A DNA stretch of 64,000 nucleotides from Candidatus Campbellbacteria bacterium (GCA_002747955.1 PDQZ01000009.1:949-64948), one strand, 5' to 3'; counted from the first letter of the stretch, positions 47,395-57,660 are shown. The notes: generated by a model not told the origin, from the letters alone. Translations and numbers: made by a program.

Positions 47395-49665
47395 ATGAAA
47401 AAAATAATATATTCAATAATAGCTATAACAGGATTGGTTTTCCCAAGCTTGACTTTTGCTGATGTAGACTTTACCTTAAATCAATCAGATGTCTTTTCAG
47501 GTTCAGCTATAAATACACTTGTGGGAACTTTTTCAGACTCTAGTTTATTTTACTCTCTTGAGGGTGAATCAGGTGGAGAAGATAATTCAAAGTTTACAAT
47601 AGTTAATGATGAATTAAGATTAAATTTTATCCCAGATTTTGATAATCCAACAGATGCGGGCGACACAGCGGGGGATAATACTTATGCAATAAGTGTAAAA
47701 GGGAGAGTGGGGACTTCAACAGGGGATAAAAAAATAAAAAATTTTATTGTTACTGTTGTTCAATCTCCAGACACAACACCGCCTGTAATTAATACTATTC
47801 TTGATTCATCTTACGACATAACAATTAACCCACCATACTTTTCTATACCAACTGTAACCTGTACTGATGACGTTGATGGAGCTGTAACTCCAACAGTAAC
47901 TGAAAATGTAAACACAGCGGTATTGGGAAGTTATACAGTAACTTATAACTGTACAGACGCAGCGGGTAATTCAGCTGTTCCAAGAACAATCATTATAAAC
48001 ATTGTTCCTGAAAACAGTTTAAGTCTAGAAATAGATGTTCCTTTGCAAGTTCTAAAATCAGGCATGCCGACAGGGTATGCAGTTTCAAGCATCACCACTT
48101 TAAATGTTCCATCAGGAGAAACTCCAATATATTCTTTAGTCTCAGGAGTAGGAGACGAAGATAATTCATTTTTCACAATAGATCAAAATTTGTTGAAAAT
48201 TAACTTTAACCCAGATTATGATTCACCTGGAGATGATAATTCAGACAATGCATATCAAATTAGAATCCAATCACAAGTTGGAACTTCAACTGTTCAAAAA
48301 AGTTTTGCGATTCAAGTTGTGCCTGAGAATATTATTTTAGATGATAAATATAAATGTAAAGGATATGGTTGGTCAGAAGGGGCAGGTTGGGTTAGTTTGA
48401 ACTGTAACAACACAGCTTCTTGTTCTATTTCTGATTATGGCGTAAATGTTGAAACGGGAGGGGCTTTATCAGGATACGCTTGGTCACCAAATGTTTCTTG
48501 GTTAGATATTGCTCCAGGTGCACCATACAGTACAGCTAGATTTGTTTCAAACAATCTTGAAGGAGAATCTGTTTTCACAACAGGGCTAAGAAGAGATGAT
48601 GATGGTTGGAATGGACTTTTAAAATACAGAGGAAGCAATGGGGGAGCAACATCAAATAGAGCTTATGGTGTTTCAAGAACACCAGGTGGAAATTTACACG
48701 GATTTGCTTGGTCTGATAATGTTATTGGGTGGCTTGGATTTCCAAGTGCAGGAAAAGCTTATTGTTCAAATATGTTAATTTCATTCACAACTGAAAGTGA
48801 AAATGGTTTAACACCGCAAACAAAAGTTGGGCTTGGAGAAAACTTAGTTTTAAAGTGGAAAACAGAAGGGGCTACATCATGTAAAGCTTTAAATGGTGGT
48901 GCTACAAACTGGACAGATGACCCAGTTAAATCAGTTTCAGTTTCAGGAGAATGGCAAACACACACAGTTTCAGGACTTGTTGAAAATACAAACTTTACTT
49001 TAGAATGTGATGACGGAACAGGTAATAAAGAATTAAGAAATCTATACGTATTTGTAAGACCTCCTGAACCAGAAATTAATTTCTGGGCAACAGATACAAA
49101 TATTCCCTACAATACAAAGGCTGAGTTAAATTGGAATGTAAAATATGCAGCAGACTGTAAAGCTTATGGTTCTTGGGCTGGAAACAAAGATTCAACAGCC
49201 GGTGACCATCAAGAACAAGTTGGCCCTTTAAAAGATTTTCCAAATTATACTTTCATTCTAACTTGTAGATCAAACAATCAAGCAGAGTACGGAACCCAAA
49301 CCTGGTCAGAAGAAGTTACTGTTGACGTTGCTAAACTTGAAGTATCAATTACACCAACAAGAAATCCGATTCCATTTAATTACCCAATAGAATTAAAATT
49401 AGAATCTGAATTTTCTACACAATGTCAAAGTCAGTTTGACTATATTTCTGGACAAAACCCTTTAAATCCAGTTCCAGCATCAGATGCATTTACAAAAACT
49501 TGGTATAATACAAACAATGATTATCTAAGAGTTTGGAGGTCAGAAGATGTTAAAGAGTCTTCAAAATATAAGTTTACTTTTGAATGTAATGGAGAATTTG
49601 GTCAATACATAAAAAGAGAGTTGAACTTAAAGGTTGGAAATGTTCCTATTTACATTGAAGATTAG
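47395..49665 (+). CDS. large secreted surface protein with cadherin-like repeats and an Ig-like (DUF5011/HYR-like) domain
   Basis: Signal peptide; two repeated modules (..FTIVNDELRLNFIPDFDNPTDAGD..NTYAISVKGRVGTST / ..FTIDQNLLKINFNPDYDSPGDDNSDNAYQIRIQSQVGTST); TCTDDVDGAVTPTVTENVNTAVLGSYTVTYNCTDAAGNS. Confidence 0.65.
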   Translation: MKKIIYSIIAITGLVFPSLTFADVDFTLNQSDVFSGSAINTLVGTFSDSSLFYSLEGESGGEDNSKFTIVNDELRLNFIPDFDNPTDAGDTAGDNTYAISVKGRVGTSTGDKKIKNFIVTVVQSPDTTPPVINTILDSSYDITINPPYFSIPTVTCTDDVDGAVTPTVTENVNTAVLGSYTVTYNCTDAAGNSAVPRTIIINIVPENSLSLEIDVPLQVLKSGMPTGYAVSSITTLNVPSGETPIYSLVSGVGDEDNSFFTIDQNLLKINFNPDYDSPGDDNSDNAYQIRIQSQVGTSTVQKSFAIQVVPENIILDDKYKCKGYGWSEGAGWVSLNCNNTASCSISDYGVNVETGGALSGYAWSPNVSWLDIAPGAPYSTARFVSNNLEGESVFTTGLRRDDDGWNGLLKYRGSNGGATSNRAYGVSRTPGGNLHGFAWSDNVIGWLGFPSAGKAYCSNMLISFTTESENGLTPQTKVGLGENLVLKWKTEGATSCKALNGGATNWTDDPVKSVSVSGEWQTHTVSGLVENTNFTLECDDGTGNKELRNLYVFVRPPEPEINFWATDTNIPYNTKAELNWNVKYAADCKAYGSWAGNKDSTAGDHQEQVGPLKDFPNYTFILTCRSNNQAEYGTQTWSEEVTVDVAKLEVSITPTRNPIPFNYPIELKLESEFSTQCQSQFDYISGQNPLNPVPASDAFTKTWYNTNNDYLRVWRSEDVKESSKYKFTFECNGEFGQYIKRELNLKVGNVPIYIED

Positions 49666-49722
49666 AAAATAAAAACGCACTAAATTTTAGTGTGTTTTTT
49701 GTTAAAACCAAATTTAAAATAT

Positions 49723-50406
49723 TTACAATAAAATTTTTGAACATAAGCACAAAGCTGCATTTTCAGCTTTTAAAACATTGGATGTTTTAAAAGATAAAAT
49801 CTTTTCTTTTTCAAAAAGTTTCATTTCTCTTTCAGACAAACCACCTTCAGGCCCTATAACACAAGCTTTGATATTCTTTATATCAATTTCATTTATATTT
49901 TGACCACCAAAATTTAAAACAAAAGAGTTTGGATTTTCTTTTAAAAAATCATCTAAACTGTTTTTAAAATCAAGTTTCATTAAACTTCCTCTGCCACATT
50001 GCTCACAAGAGTTGATTAAAATTTTTTGAAGTTTTTCTTTTTTTAGCTTAAAACTTTTTTGACTCAAATCAGAATATATAAAGGTGATTTTTTCAACTCC
50101 TGTTTGGTTTAAGTATGGCAAAACTTCTTTGATGCTTTTCGGATCAATGATACAAAAACCTAAATGAAAATTATTTTGATTTTCATTTTTAACTTCTTCT
50201 CTGCTTTCCAAAACTAAAAAAGCTTTTTTGTTTTGAACACTTTGGATTTTGTAAGAATAATCAAAGTCATCTTTCAGATTTTTTAAAATCACAATATCAT
50301 TCTCTTTTTGCCTTCTTGATTTTACTAAGTGATTAAAAAGGTCATTTTTAATTTCAAGTTTTTCTTTTGAAGCGTCGGGACTGTAAAAAAAATTTCTAAA
50401 ATTCAT
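49723..50406 (-). CDS. rsmE: 16S rRNA (uracil1498-N3)-methyltransferase RsmE
   Basis: C-terminal SPOUT motif VIGPEGGLSEREM (cf IGPEGGF.E.E). Confidence 0.7.
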   Translation of the reverse strand: MNFRNFFYSPDASKEKLEIKNDLFNHLVKSRRQKENDIVILKNLKDDFDYSYKIQSVQNKKAFLVLESREEVKNENQNNFHLGFCIIDPKSIKEVLPYLNQTGVEKITFIYSDLSQKSFKLKKEKLQKILINSCEQCGRGSLMKLDFKNSLDDFLKENPNSFVLNFGGQNINEIDIKNIKACVIGPEGGLSEREMKLFEKEKILSFKTSNVLKAENAALCLCSKILL

Positions 50407-50453
50407 AAATATATTTTAACATAAAATCATTAAAATTTTAGCATATGAAAAAT

Positions 50454-50512
50454 AAAAGCCCATTTTCGCCCTTTTTAAATTAAATATTGAACGAAAATGG
50501 GCTTTTATTTTT
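50454..50512. repeat. 55-bp gcccattttcgc hairpin element, copy 2 (reverse orientation)
   Basis: aaaagcccattttcgccctttttaaattaaatattgaacgaaaatgggctttt is near-identical to the reverse complement of 16652-16708. Confidence 0.75.
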
Positions 50513-50538
50513 TCTTTAAATTTTGGTATAATGAAATC

Positions 50539-51063
50539 ATGAAAATAACAATTTCAGGACTTGGTGGAGTAGGCAAGGGAACAACATCAAAAATTTTAAA
50601 AGATCAAATAAATTATCAGTTTTTATCATCAGGAGATTTTTTCAGGCAAATGGCAAAAGAAAAAAATATGACAGCTTACGAATTTGAAAAAGTTGTTGAG
50701 AAAAATCCTGAAATAGATTTGCAAATTGATCAAAGGCAAAAAAAATTTGGAAAAGAAAACGACAACTTTATTTTTGATTCAAGGCTTGGGTATTTTTTTA
50801 TTCCAGACTCATTTAAAATCAAACTTATTTGTAATGAAGACACTAGACTTAAAAGGCTTCAAAAAAGAGATGGGGGAACAATAAAAGATATTCAAAAAAA
50901 AGAAGAAGAGAGATTAAAAAATGTTAAACAAAGGTATTTAAAACTTTATGGAATAGAAGATTTTTTAAATGATAAAAACTTTGATTTGATTGTGGATACT
51001 GAGAATAAAACTCCAAAAGAAGTTTCAGATGAGATTTTAGAAAATATTAAAAATTTGGTATAA
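50539..51063 (+). CDS. cmk: cytidylate kinase-like P-loop kinase
   Basis: MKITISGLGGVGKGT P-loop; ~175 aa NMP-kinase size. Confidence 0.55.
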   Translation: MKITISGLGGVGKGTTSKILKDQINYQFLSSGDFFRQMAKEKNMTAYEFEKVVEKNPEIDLQIDQRQKKFGKENDNFIFDSRLGYFFIPDSFKIKLICNEDTRLKRLQKRDGGTIKDIQKKEEERLKNVKQRYLKLYGIEDFLNDKNFDLIVDTENKTPKEVSDEILENIKNLV

Positions 51064-51088
51064 TTATAAAACATTAATTTAAATAAAT

Positions 51089-51628
51089 ATGGCAGGACAT
51101 AATAAATGGTCAAAGATTAAACACAAAAAAGCAGTAACAGATTCTGCAAAATCAAAAGTATATTCAAGGTACAATAAAATGATTCAAATTGCAATTAAAA
51201 ATGCAAACGGTGATCCAAATGCAACATCTGTTTTAAATGTTATAAATGCTGCGAAAGCTGAAAATGTTCCAAAAGACAATATTGAAAGAGCGATTAAAAA
51301 AGCAACAAGTTCAGATGCGCAAGCTTTAACTGAAGTTTTATATGAAGGGTATGGTCCAGCAGGAGTTGGGATGCTTATAAAAGCAGTAACAGACAATACC
51401 AATAGAACCGTAACTGAAGTTAAAACAATTTTTACGAAAAATGGAGGCTCTTTTGCATCAACAGGTGCAGTTTCTTGGGCTTTTTCTAAAAATCAAGAAG
51501 GTGACTGGGTTCCAAATGAAGGAACAGAAATAAAACTTTCAGAAGAAGACGAAGAAAAACTTGAAAATTTGATTGAACTTTTTCAAGATAACGATGATAT
51601 TGTGGGTGTTTACGTAAATGCAGCTTAA
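51089..51628 (+). CDS. yebC: YebC/PmpR-family probable transcriptional regulator (short form)
   Basis: MAGHNKWSKIKHKKAVTD.. matches the MAGHSKWANIKHRK signature. Confidence 0.75.
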   Translation: MAGHNKWSKIKHKKAVTDSAKSKVYSRYNKMIQIAIKNANGDPNATSVLNVINAAKAENVPKDNIERAIKKATSSDAQALTEVLYEGYGPAGVGMLIKAVTDNTNRTVTEVKTIFTKNGGSFASTGAVSWAFSKNQEGDWVPNEGTEIKLSEEDEEKLENLIELFQDNDDIVGVYVNAA

Positions 51629-51671
51629 AAAAGATTGATTTTATAATAAAATAAGGTATAATATAAAAATT

Positions 51672-52319
51672 ATGATGAAATTAGAAGCAAAAACAAGAAA
51701 TTCAGGGCAAAAATTTGATAAAATGAAAGATATTTTAGCAGTTGTTTATGGACCTGAAATTAAAGAAAACTTAAATCTAGTTCTAAATTATAATGATTTT
51801 GTAAAAGTATTTGAAGAAAGCGGATACTCAACAATTATAAATTTAGTTGTAGACGGTGAAGAACACGATGTTTTGGTAAAAGAAGTTCAAATTGATCCAA
51901 AAGAAGATGTATACAGTCATGTTGACTTTTATGCAATTGTTAGAGGACAAGAGCTTGAAGTTATGGTCTCTTTGGAATTTACAGGAGAGTCAGAAGCTGT
52001 AAAACAAGGGGCTGTTATGAATACTGCTTTAACAGAAGTTGAAATAAAAGCAATGCCAAGAGATTTGCCATCAGAACTTATTGTTGACTTATCAAAGCTT
52101 AAAAATGTTGGAGATACAATTAGACTCGAAGATATTGAACTTCCAGAAGGAGTTTCATTTGTAAGTGAGGATCTTGAAATGACAATCGCATCTGTTTCTG
52201 AAGCCGTTACAGCAGAACAAGAAGAAGAAGCACAAGCAGAAGGGCCTGAATTTGAAACAGAACAAGAAGAAGAAGCACAAGAAGGTGAAGAAAAAACAGA
52301 AGAAAAAACAGAAGAATAA
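51672..52319 (+). CDS. rplY: 50S ribosomal protein L25/Ctc with acidic C-terminal tail
   Basis: L25 N-domain (..LEAKTRNSGQKF..LAVVYGPE..) plus Ctc-like extension and E/Q-rich tail. Confidence 0.75.
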   Translation: MMKLEAKTRNSGQKFDKMKDILAVVYGPEIKENLNLVLNYNDFVKVFEESGYSTIINLVVDGEEHDVLVKEVQIDPKEDVYSHVDFYAIVRGQELEVMVSLEFTGESEAVKQGAVMNTALTEVEIKAMPRDLPSELIVDLSKLKNVGDTIRLEDIELPEGVSFVSEDLEMTIASVSEAVTAEQEEEAQAEGPEFETEQEEEAQEGEEKTEEKTEE

Positions 52320-52406
52320 TTTTGAAAAAACAATCAATTTTAAAATTGATGTTTTTTTATAAAAAATATATTTTGTAAAGTTTTTTTAAAATGTTAAAAT
52401 TAAAAA

Positions 52407-53108
52407 GTGAAAAGAAAAAAAACAAATGATGTTGTACCTGCAATTTTAGAAAAAAATTTTTCTAAAATTGAAGAAAAAATTAAAAAAGTAAACAATTTAA
52501 CAAAAAATGTTCAGGTTGATATCTGTGATGGAAAATTCGTAAAATCAAAAACTTTTGCTTCTGCTGGATGTGAAGAATCTTTTTTAAGATTAAGAAAAAT
52601 TTCTAAAAATACAAATTTAGAACTTGATGTGATGGTAAACTTGGATATGAAAATTAAAGGTCGATTTGAAAAATGGTTAAACTCAATTTCAAAAGCAAAA
52701 CCCGCAAGAGTTATTTTCCATCTTGACTCTACAAAAAGATGGGATGAGGTTTTTGACTTTTTCAAAAAGAAAGAAAATAAGAATATAAAAATTGGTTTAG
52801 GAATTAAAATTCAAAACAAGCAAAAAGAAATTAATAAGTTGTTGCAAAAATATAAATTTGATTATGTTCAATTTATGGGAATTGAAAAAATTGGTTTTGG
52901 TGGACAAAAAATTTCACCAAAAGTTTACACTAAAATTAAAAATTTTGTAAAAAAATATCCGCAAATGTATATTCAAGTTGACGGGGGAGTGAAAATAGAA
53001 AACGCTTCAAAACTTAAAAAAGCAGGAGTTTGCTCTTTTGCCGCAGGTTCTGGAATTTATAAATCTGAAAATATTAAAAAAAGAATTTCCGAGTTTAAAA
53101 AAGTTTAA
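52407..53108 (+). CDS. rpe: ribulose-phosphate 3-epimerase-like protein (GTG start)
   Basis: ..VVPAILEKNFSKIEE..VQVDICDGKFV..QVDGGV.. TIM-barrel RPE-like pattern. Confidence 0.5.
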   Translation: MKRKKTNDVVPAILEKNFSKIEEKIKKVNNLTKNVQVDICDGKFVKSKTFASAGCEESFLRLRKISKNTNLELDVMVNLDMKIKGRFEKWLNSISKAKPARVIFHLDSTKRWDEVFDFFKKKENKNIKIGLGIKIQNKQKEINKLLQKYKFDYVQFMGIEKIGFGGQKISPKVYTKIKNFVKKYPQMYIQVDGGVKIENASKLKKAGVCSFAAGSGIYKSENIKKRISEFKKV

Positions 53109-53665
53109 TGAAAAAATCAGTTATTTTAGACAATCAAGAAGTTTTTTATACAGAAGAAAAGTCAAGCAGACTTAAAAATATAAAAATTGTTTTTAAATCT
53201 CAAAACGAACTTCAAATCAAAAGACCTAAAAAACTTTTATTTTTTAATGCTCAAAAATTTATTTTAAAAAATAAAACTTTGATTTTAAAAAAATTACAAA
53301 AGTTAAAACAGCAAAATTTACAGAAAGTTTCTTTAAGTCAAAAAGAATTTCAAAAAAGAAAAGATGATTTTTTAAAGAAAGCCGAAGAAAAGGTGGAATA
53401 CTTCAACTCTTTTTACAATTTTAAATACAACAAAATCACAATTAAAAACCAAAAAACAAAATGGGGTTCTTGTTCATCAAAAGGAAATTTAAATTTTAAT
53501 TACAGAATTTTTCTGCTTGATCAAAAAATTTTAAATTACGTTATCGTTCACGAGCTTTGTCATTTAGATCAAATGAATCACTCAAAAAAATTTTGGAATC
53601 TGGTTGAGCAAACAATCCCTGATTATAAAGAAACTAAAAAGTTAATGCAAAAATATATTTTTTAG
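53108..53665 (+). CDS. YgjP/DUF45-family metal-dependent hydrolase
   Basis: C-terminal HEXXH (VIVHELCHLDQMNHSKKFW). Confidence 0.6.
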   Translation: MKKSVILDNQEVFYTEEKSSRLKNIKIVFKSQNELQIKRPKKLLFFNAQKFILKNKTLILKKLQKLKQQNLQKVSLSQKEFQKRKDDFLKKAEEKVEYFNSFYNFKYNKITIKNQKTKWGSCSSKGNLNFNYRIFLLDQKILNYVIVHELCHLDQMNHSKKFWNLVEQTIPDYKETKKLMQKYIF

Positions 53666-53690
53666 TTTAAAAAATAAATATGATATAATT

Positions 53691-54737
53691 TTGTTTATGT
53701 TTAAGAAAAAAAAGAAAAATATTTGGCAAAAGTTGAAGTACAAAAAACCCGAAGGGTTTTTTGTGCTAGCTCCCATGGCCGACGTAACCGACAATCCTTT
53801 TCGAAAAATTATAAATCAAATCGGAAAACCTGATTTGTTTTACACAGAATTTGGGGCAACAGACGGGCTTGCTTCTGAAAAAGGGTATAAAAGAATTAAA
53901 ACTCAAATTTTTAATTTTGAAAAGAATCAAAAACCAATCATCGCTCAGATTTTTGGTGGAAAACCCGAAAATTACAAAGAAGTTGCAAAAAAAGTTGCAA
54001 ATATGGGTTTTGATGGAATTGATTTAAATACAGGTTGCCCTCAAAAAAACATTTTAAAACAAAAATCAGGTTCTGAACTGATCAAAGAAGAAAACTGGGA
54101 CCTGGTGCGACAAATTATTCAAAACATTAAAAAAGGAATAAAAGAAAGCAAAAACCAAATTCCATTTTCCTTAAAAACAAGAATTGGTTTTAATCAATAC
54201 AACAAAGAATGGATAAAATTTTTGTTAGAACAAAAACTTGATGCTTTGATTATTCACTTGCGAACTAAAAAAGAAATGTCAAAAGTTCAGGCTCACTGGG
54301 AGCTTGCTAAAGAACTTACAGAGCTTAAAAACAAAATTTCTCCCAACACAGTTTTGATTTTCAATGGAGATATAAAATCTAAAAAAGAAGGTTTTCAGAA
54401 ACTTAAAGAAAATGGTGCAGACGGAATTATGATTGGTCGAGGAATTTTTGAAAATCCAACTTTATTTAGAGACCAAGATTTTTCGAAAAAAAGTGTTCAA
54501 GAAAAAACAAAAATAATGTTAAAACACGCAAAATATTTTGAAAAAGAGTTTGGAAAAACTTTTAAAAACAAAATTTTGTTTGGTGGACGAATAAAACCAT
54601 TTGCTTTGATGAAAAAGTTTTTCAAAATTTACATAAACGGTTTTGATGGAGCAAAAGAATTTAGAGAACATTTAATGAAAGCAAATAGTTTAAAAGAAGT
54701 TGAACAAGTAGTTAAAAACCATCTGAAAAAACTTTAA
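53691..54737 (+). CDS. tRNA-dihydrouridine synthase
   Basis: ..FVLAPMADVTDNPFRKI.. Dus N-terminal signature, TIM-barrel length. Confidence 0.85.
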   Translation: MFMFKKKKKNIWQKLKYKKPEGFFVLAPMADVTDNPFRKIINQIGKPDLFYTEFGATDGLASEKGYKRIKTQIFNFEKNQKPIIAQIFGGKPENYKEVAKKVANMGFDGIDLNTGCPQKNILKQKSGSELIKEENWDLVRQIIQNIKKGIKESKNQIPFSLKTRIGFNQYNKEWIKFLLEQKLDALIIHLRTKKEMSKVQAHWELAKELTELKNKISPNTVLIFNGDIKSKKEGFQKLKENGADGIMIGRGIFENPTLFRDQDFSKKSVQEKTKIMLKHAKYFEKEFGKTFKNKILFGGRIKPFALMKKFFKIYINGFDGAKEFREHLMKANSLKEVEQVVKNHLKKL

Positions 54738-54975
54738 AAATGAGCACATAACTTTGTTGGCTTCGTGTAAAAATATTTTCAACGTACTTCAAGTACGTCT
54801 CAAATATTTTTCACTCGCCGCCTCGTTATGTATCTCATTTTTAAATTTTTTAAAAAAACTTGAAAAATAAGTTTCTAACTTTGTCAATCGCACACAAAAA
54901 ACCTCTCACCGTAATGCCCATACGACTCGAGGATTTTTTGTTTGTTTCCGCGTTATATATCTTATTTTTTAAGTT
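54738..54975. repeat. modular ~115-125 bp intergenic repeat, 2 tandem units (same family as the 13324 and 58366 arrays)
   Basis: Unit 1 carries tcaacgtacttcaagtacgtctcaa, identical to the 13324 array unit 2 and the 58366 array unit 1; unit 2 carries cctctcaccgtaatgcccatacgactcgagg + T-run. Confidence 0.8.
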
Positions 54976-54992
54976 TTTAAATAAGAAACATT

Positions 54993-55030
54993 GAGATAGG
55001 CCTTGCCTTGAGATAGGCAAGGCCTATCTC
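54993..55030. repeat. GGCAAGGCC-family palindrome
   Basis: gagataggccttgcc-ttgagata-ggcaaggcctatctc. Confidence 0.7.
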
Positions 55031-55046
55031 AGATCTGTCTCAAATG

Positions 55047-55103
55047 AAAAAGCCCATTTTCGCTCAACTTTAATTTTAAGAAGTGCGAAAATGGGCTTTT
55101 TTA
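55047..55103. repeat. 55-bp gcccattttcgc hairpin element, copy 3
   Basis: aaaaagcccattttcgctcaactttaattttaagaagtgcgaaaatgggctttttt; near-identical to 16652-16708. Confidence 0.75.
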
Positions 55104-55133
55104 TTTCAGCACAAAAATGTTATAATAATTTTA

Positions 55134-56021
55134 ATGGTTTATATTTCAAAAAAAAGAAGAAAATATTTAATTGAAAAAAAAATTAAAAAGTTTTTTTTCA
55201 AATTTCTTGTACCCATAATTTCACTTTTTATTTTAACTATTTTCTTACACAATGCACAGTTTATGAAAATTAAAAATTTCAACATTGTAGGAAATAAATA
55301 TGTTTCAAAAGAAGATATTCAAAATCAATTCGACACAATTTTACAAGAAAAATATTTTGGAATTTACAACAAGAACAATTTTATCTTTTATCCTGAAAGT
55401 CAAATGGAAAAAGTGCTTTTGGAAAATCAAAAAAGAATTAAAAACATCGATATTTCTTATCAAAATTTAAGAAAAATAAAAATCGAAATTGAAGAAAAAG
55501 ATCCAAAATATTTATTTTGCTTTGAAAAAGAAAAGTGCAATTTCACAGAATACAACGGTAAAATTTTCACCCCCTTCAATCAAGAAAAAACCGAAATCAA
55601 AAGAGGTGATTTTGTTGTTTTCCAAGATTTATTTTTAGGATATGTTAACCAAGATGAAACAGAGGTTTTACGAGACTTTCAAAATTATAACCAAGTTTAC
55701 ACACCTTCTTTATTTGAAAAAGTAACCACACTTTTAAAAGCTTTTGAAAACTACAACTTAAGCATTAAAAAAGTCATCAGGAACAAAGACGGAAATTTTG
55801 TTTTGTACACAAAAAGCAACAAAAAAATTTTAATTAAATACAACCAAGATTTTGAAAAAATTATCCCAACTTTAAAAACATTATCTCAAAAGAAAATATT
55901 CAGAGTAGACAAATTCGAAAAAGATTTTAACTCAGATTTGATTTATGTTGATTTAACATATCAAGATTACATTTTTTATTGTCAAAAAGGAGAGGTTTGT
56001 CAGAACAATTATGTTTATTAA
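55134..56021 (+). CDS. FtsQ/DivIB-like cell-division protein (POTRA-like), tentative
   Basis: N-terminal TM then ..FMKIKNFNIVGNKYVSKEDI.. POTRA-like pattern; start moved to ATG 55134 (after tgttataat) because the listed start lies inside a terminator hairpin. Confidence 0.4.
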   Translation: MVYISKKRRKYLIEKKIKKFFFKFLVPIISLFILTIFLHNAQFMKIKNFNIVGNKYVSKEDIQNQFDTILQEKYFGIYNKNNFIFYPESQMEKVLLENQKRIKNIDISYQNLRKIKIEIEEKDPKYLFCFEKEKCNFTEYNGKIFTPFNQEKTEIKRGDFVVFQDLFLGYVNQDETEVLRDFQNYNQVYTPSLFEKVTTLLKAFENYNLSIKKVIRNKDGNFVLYTKSNKKILIKYNQDFEKIIPTLKTLSQKKIFRVDKFEKDFNSDLIYVDLTYQDYIFYCQKGEVCQNNYVY

Positions 56022-56076
56022 AATATTTTAAAAAGTGAAAATATATGTTAAAATATGGAAGTATTTAACTAAATAA

Positions 56077-56346
<270 letters not shown>

Positions 56347-56364
56347 TAACAAAAAACAATAATC

Positions 56365-56808
56365 ATGCAAGAAATAATAAATTCATTCGGACTTGATTGG
56401 AAAATTTTTACAGCAGAAATTGTAAACTTTATTATTATTTTGTTTATACTTTACTATTTTTTATTTAGAAAAGTTTTTGCAAATTTAGAAAAAAGGCAAG
56501 AAATAATAAAAAAAGGAGTTGAAAAAGGAGAGGAAGCAGAAAAGATTGTAAACGATGCTGAAAAGAAAGCAGATGATATTTTGGCAGATTCAAGGCTTGA
56601 TGCAAACGACAGAGTAAAAGAAAGTATGCAAAAAGCAAAAGATAAAGAAGCTGAAATTTTAAAAGAAGCTGAAACTTTAAAATCACAGATTTTAGAAAGA
56701 GCAGAAAAAGCAGGGGAAAAAAGAAAAGAAGATATTCTGAAAAATATAGACAAAGATATTGCAAAGTTAGCGGTTTTAGGAGCTGAAAAAGTTTTATCTG
56801 AGAAATAA
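56365..56808 (+). CDS. atpF: F0F1 ATP synthase subunit b
   Basis: N-terminal TM plus long charged coiled coil; directly after atpE. Confidence 0.75.
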   Translation: MQEIINSFGLDWKIFTAEIVNFIIILFILYYFLFRKVFANLEKRQEIIKKGVEKGEEAEKIVNDAEKKADDILADSRLDANDRVKESMQKAKDKEAEILKEAETLKSQILERAEKAGEKRKEDILKNIDKDIAKLAVLGAEKVLSEK

Positions 56809-56866
56809 AAACACAAAAGTTTGAGCACTTTGGTGTTTTTTATTTGTTTGTGTTTTTTCAAAAAAT

Positions 56867-57055
56867 ATGTTATTTTATACAAAATATACAAATATGTTAA
56901 AAAAAAGAGATAAAAAGAAATTCTATATAATGGTTGGAGTTTTTATCATTATAATTGTTTCAACAATCACTTTTAGATCTTTTATCAAAGATGCCTTTGT
57001 ACACGACCCTAGTTTAAAAAAAGATTTAAAAAATAAAGCCCAAATATCAGAATAA
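56867..57055 (+). CDS. small hypothetical TM peptide (62 aa)
   Basis: ORF with a single TM; weak support. Confidence 0.3.
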   Translation: MLFYTKYTNMLKKRDKKKFYIMVGVFIIIIVSTITFRSFIKDAFVHDPSLKKDLKNKAQISE

Positions 57056-57140
57056 TTTTAAAATAAGTTGTCAACGGCTTTTTCACAGTCGTTTTTTATT
57101 TTGCTTTACAAAATTTATTTTAGTGATATAATAAGTTATT

Positions 57141-57650
57141 ATGAGTAAAAAAAATACAATATTGTTAATAATCATTTTGATTATAGTAGTTTGGTTTATC
57201 GGAGCGATTTACTATTTCACATGTAATGTGCAAGGGTACTGTGGTTCAAAACCAGTTTCTAAATACCAAAAAAGCAACAGATATTACGAATACGACAACA
57301 GAGATGATGAATATCAAGAAAGAAGTGTAAGGAACGTAAGAAGAGTTGAAACAAGAAAAAAAGTAACTAAAAAATATACTTGTTCAGCATACTTAAAAGG
57401 ATTTATCAAATATGGTTCTAGAAATTCTGTATCAGAAACAGCAAAACTTGAAAAGTTTTTACAAGATCATCTAGGGGCTGATGTGGAGCTTGATGGATAT
57501 TATTCTAAAACAGACAGAGATTATGTAAAACAAATTCAAGAAGAAAACGGACAAGAACCAGACGGGGTTGTAGGAAAAGATACAAGAGAAGTGATAAATA
57601 AAATTTATTGTAAAGCAAAAGTCAAGGAGTATAAAGAAAAAAATAATTAA
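57141..57650 (+). CDS. membrane-anchored protein with peptidoglycan-binding (PG_binding_1-like) domain
   Basis: N-terminal TM; ..LEKFLQDHLGADVELDGYYSKTDRDYVKQIQEENGQEPDGVVGKDTREVI.. Confidence 0.5.
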   Translation: MSKKNTILLIIILIIVVWFIGAIYYFTCNVQGYCGSKPVSKYQKSNRYYEYDNRDDEYQERSVRNVRRVETRKKVTKKYTCSAYLKGFIKYGSRNSVSETAKLEKFLQDHLGADVELDGYYSKTDRDYVKQIQEENGQEPDGVVGKDTREVINKIYCKAKVKEYKEKNN

Positions 57651-57660
57651 AATATAAAAT

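Noticed and set aside
51089-51628. YebC appearing truncated (179 aa versus about 240 typical), considered as a pseudogene
   Set aside because: There is no frame disruption. The ORF ends cleanly 43 bp before rplY with a proper spacer, so a genuinely short form is as likely as truncation
55083-55133. Listed start at 55083 for the FtsQ-like ORF (MRKWAFLF..)
   Set aside because: Those codons are the 3' arm of the conserved gcccattttcgc terminator hairpin; ATG 55134 after tgttataat is a more credible start
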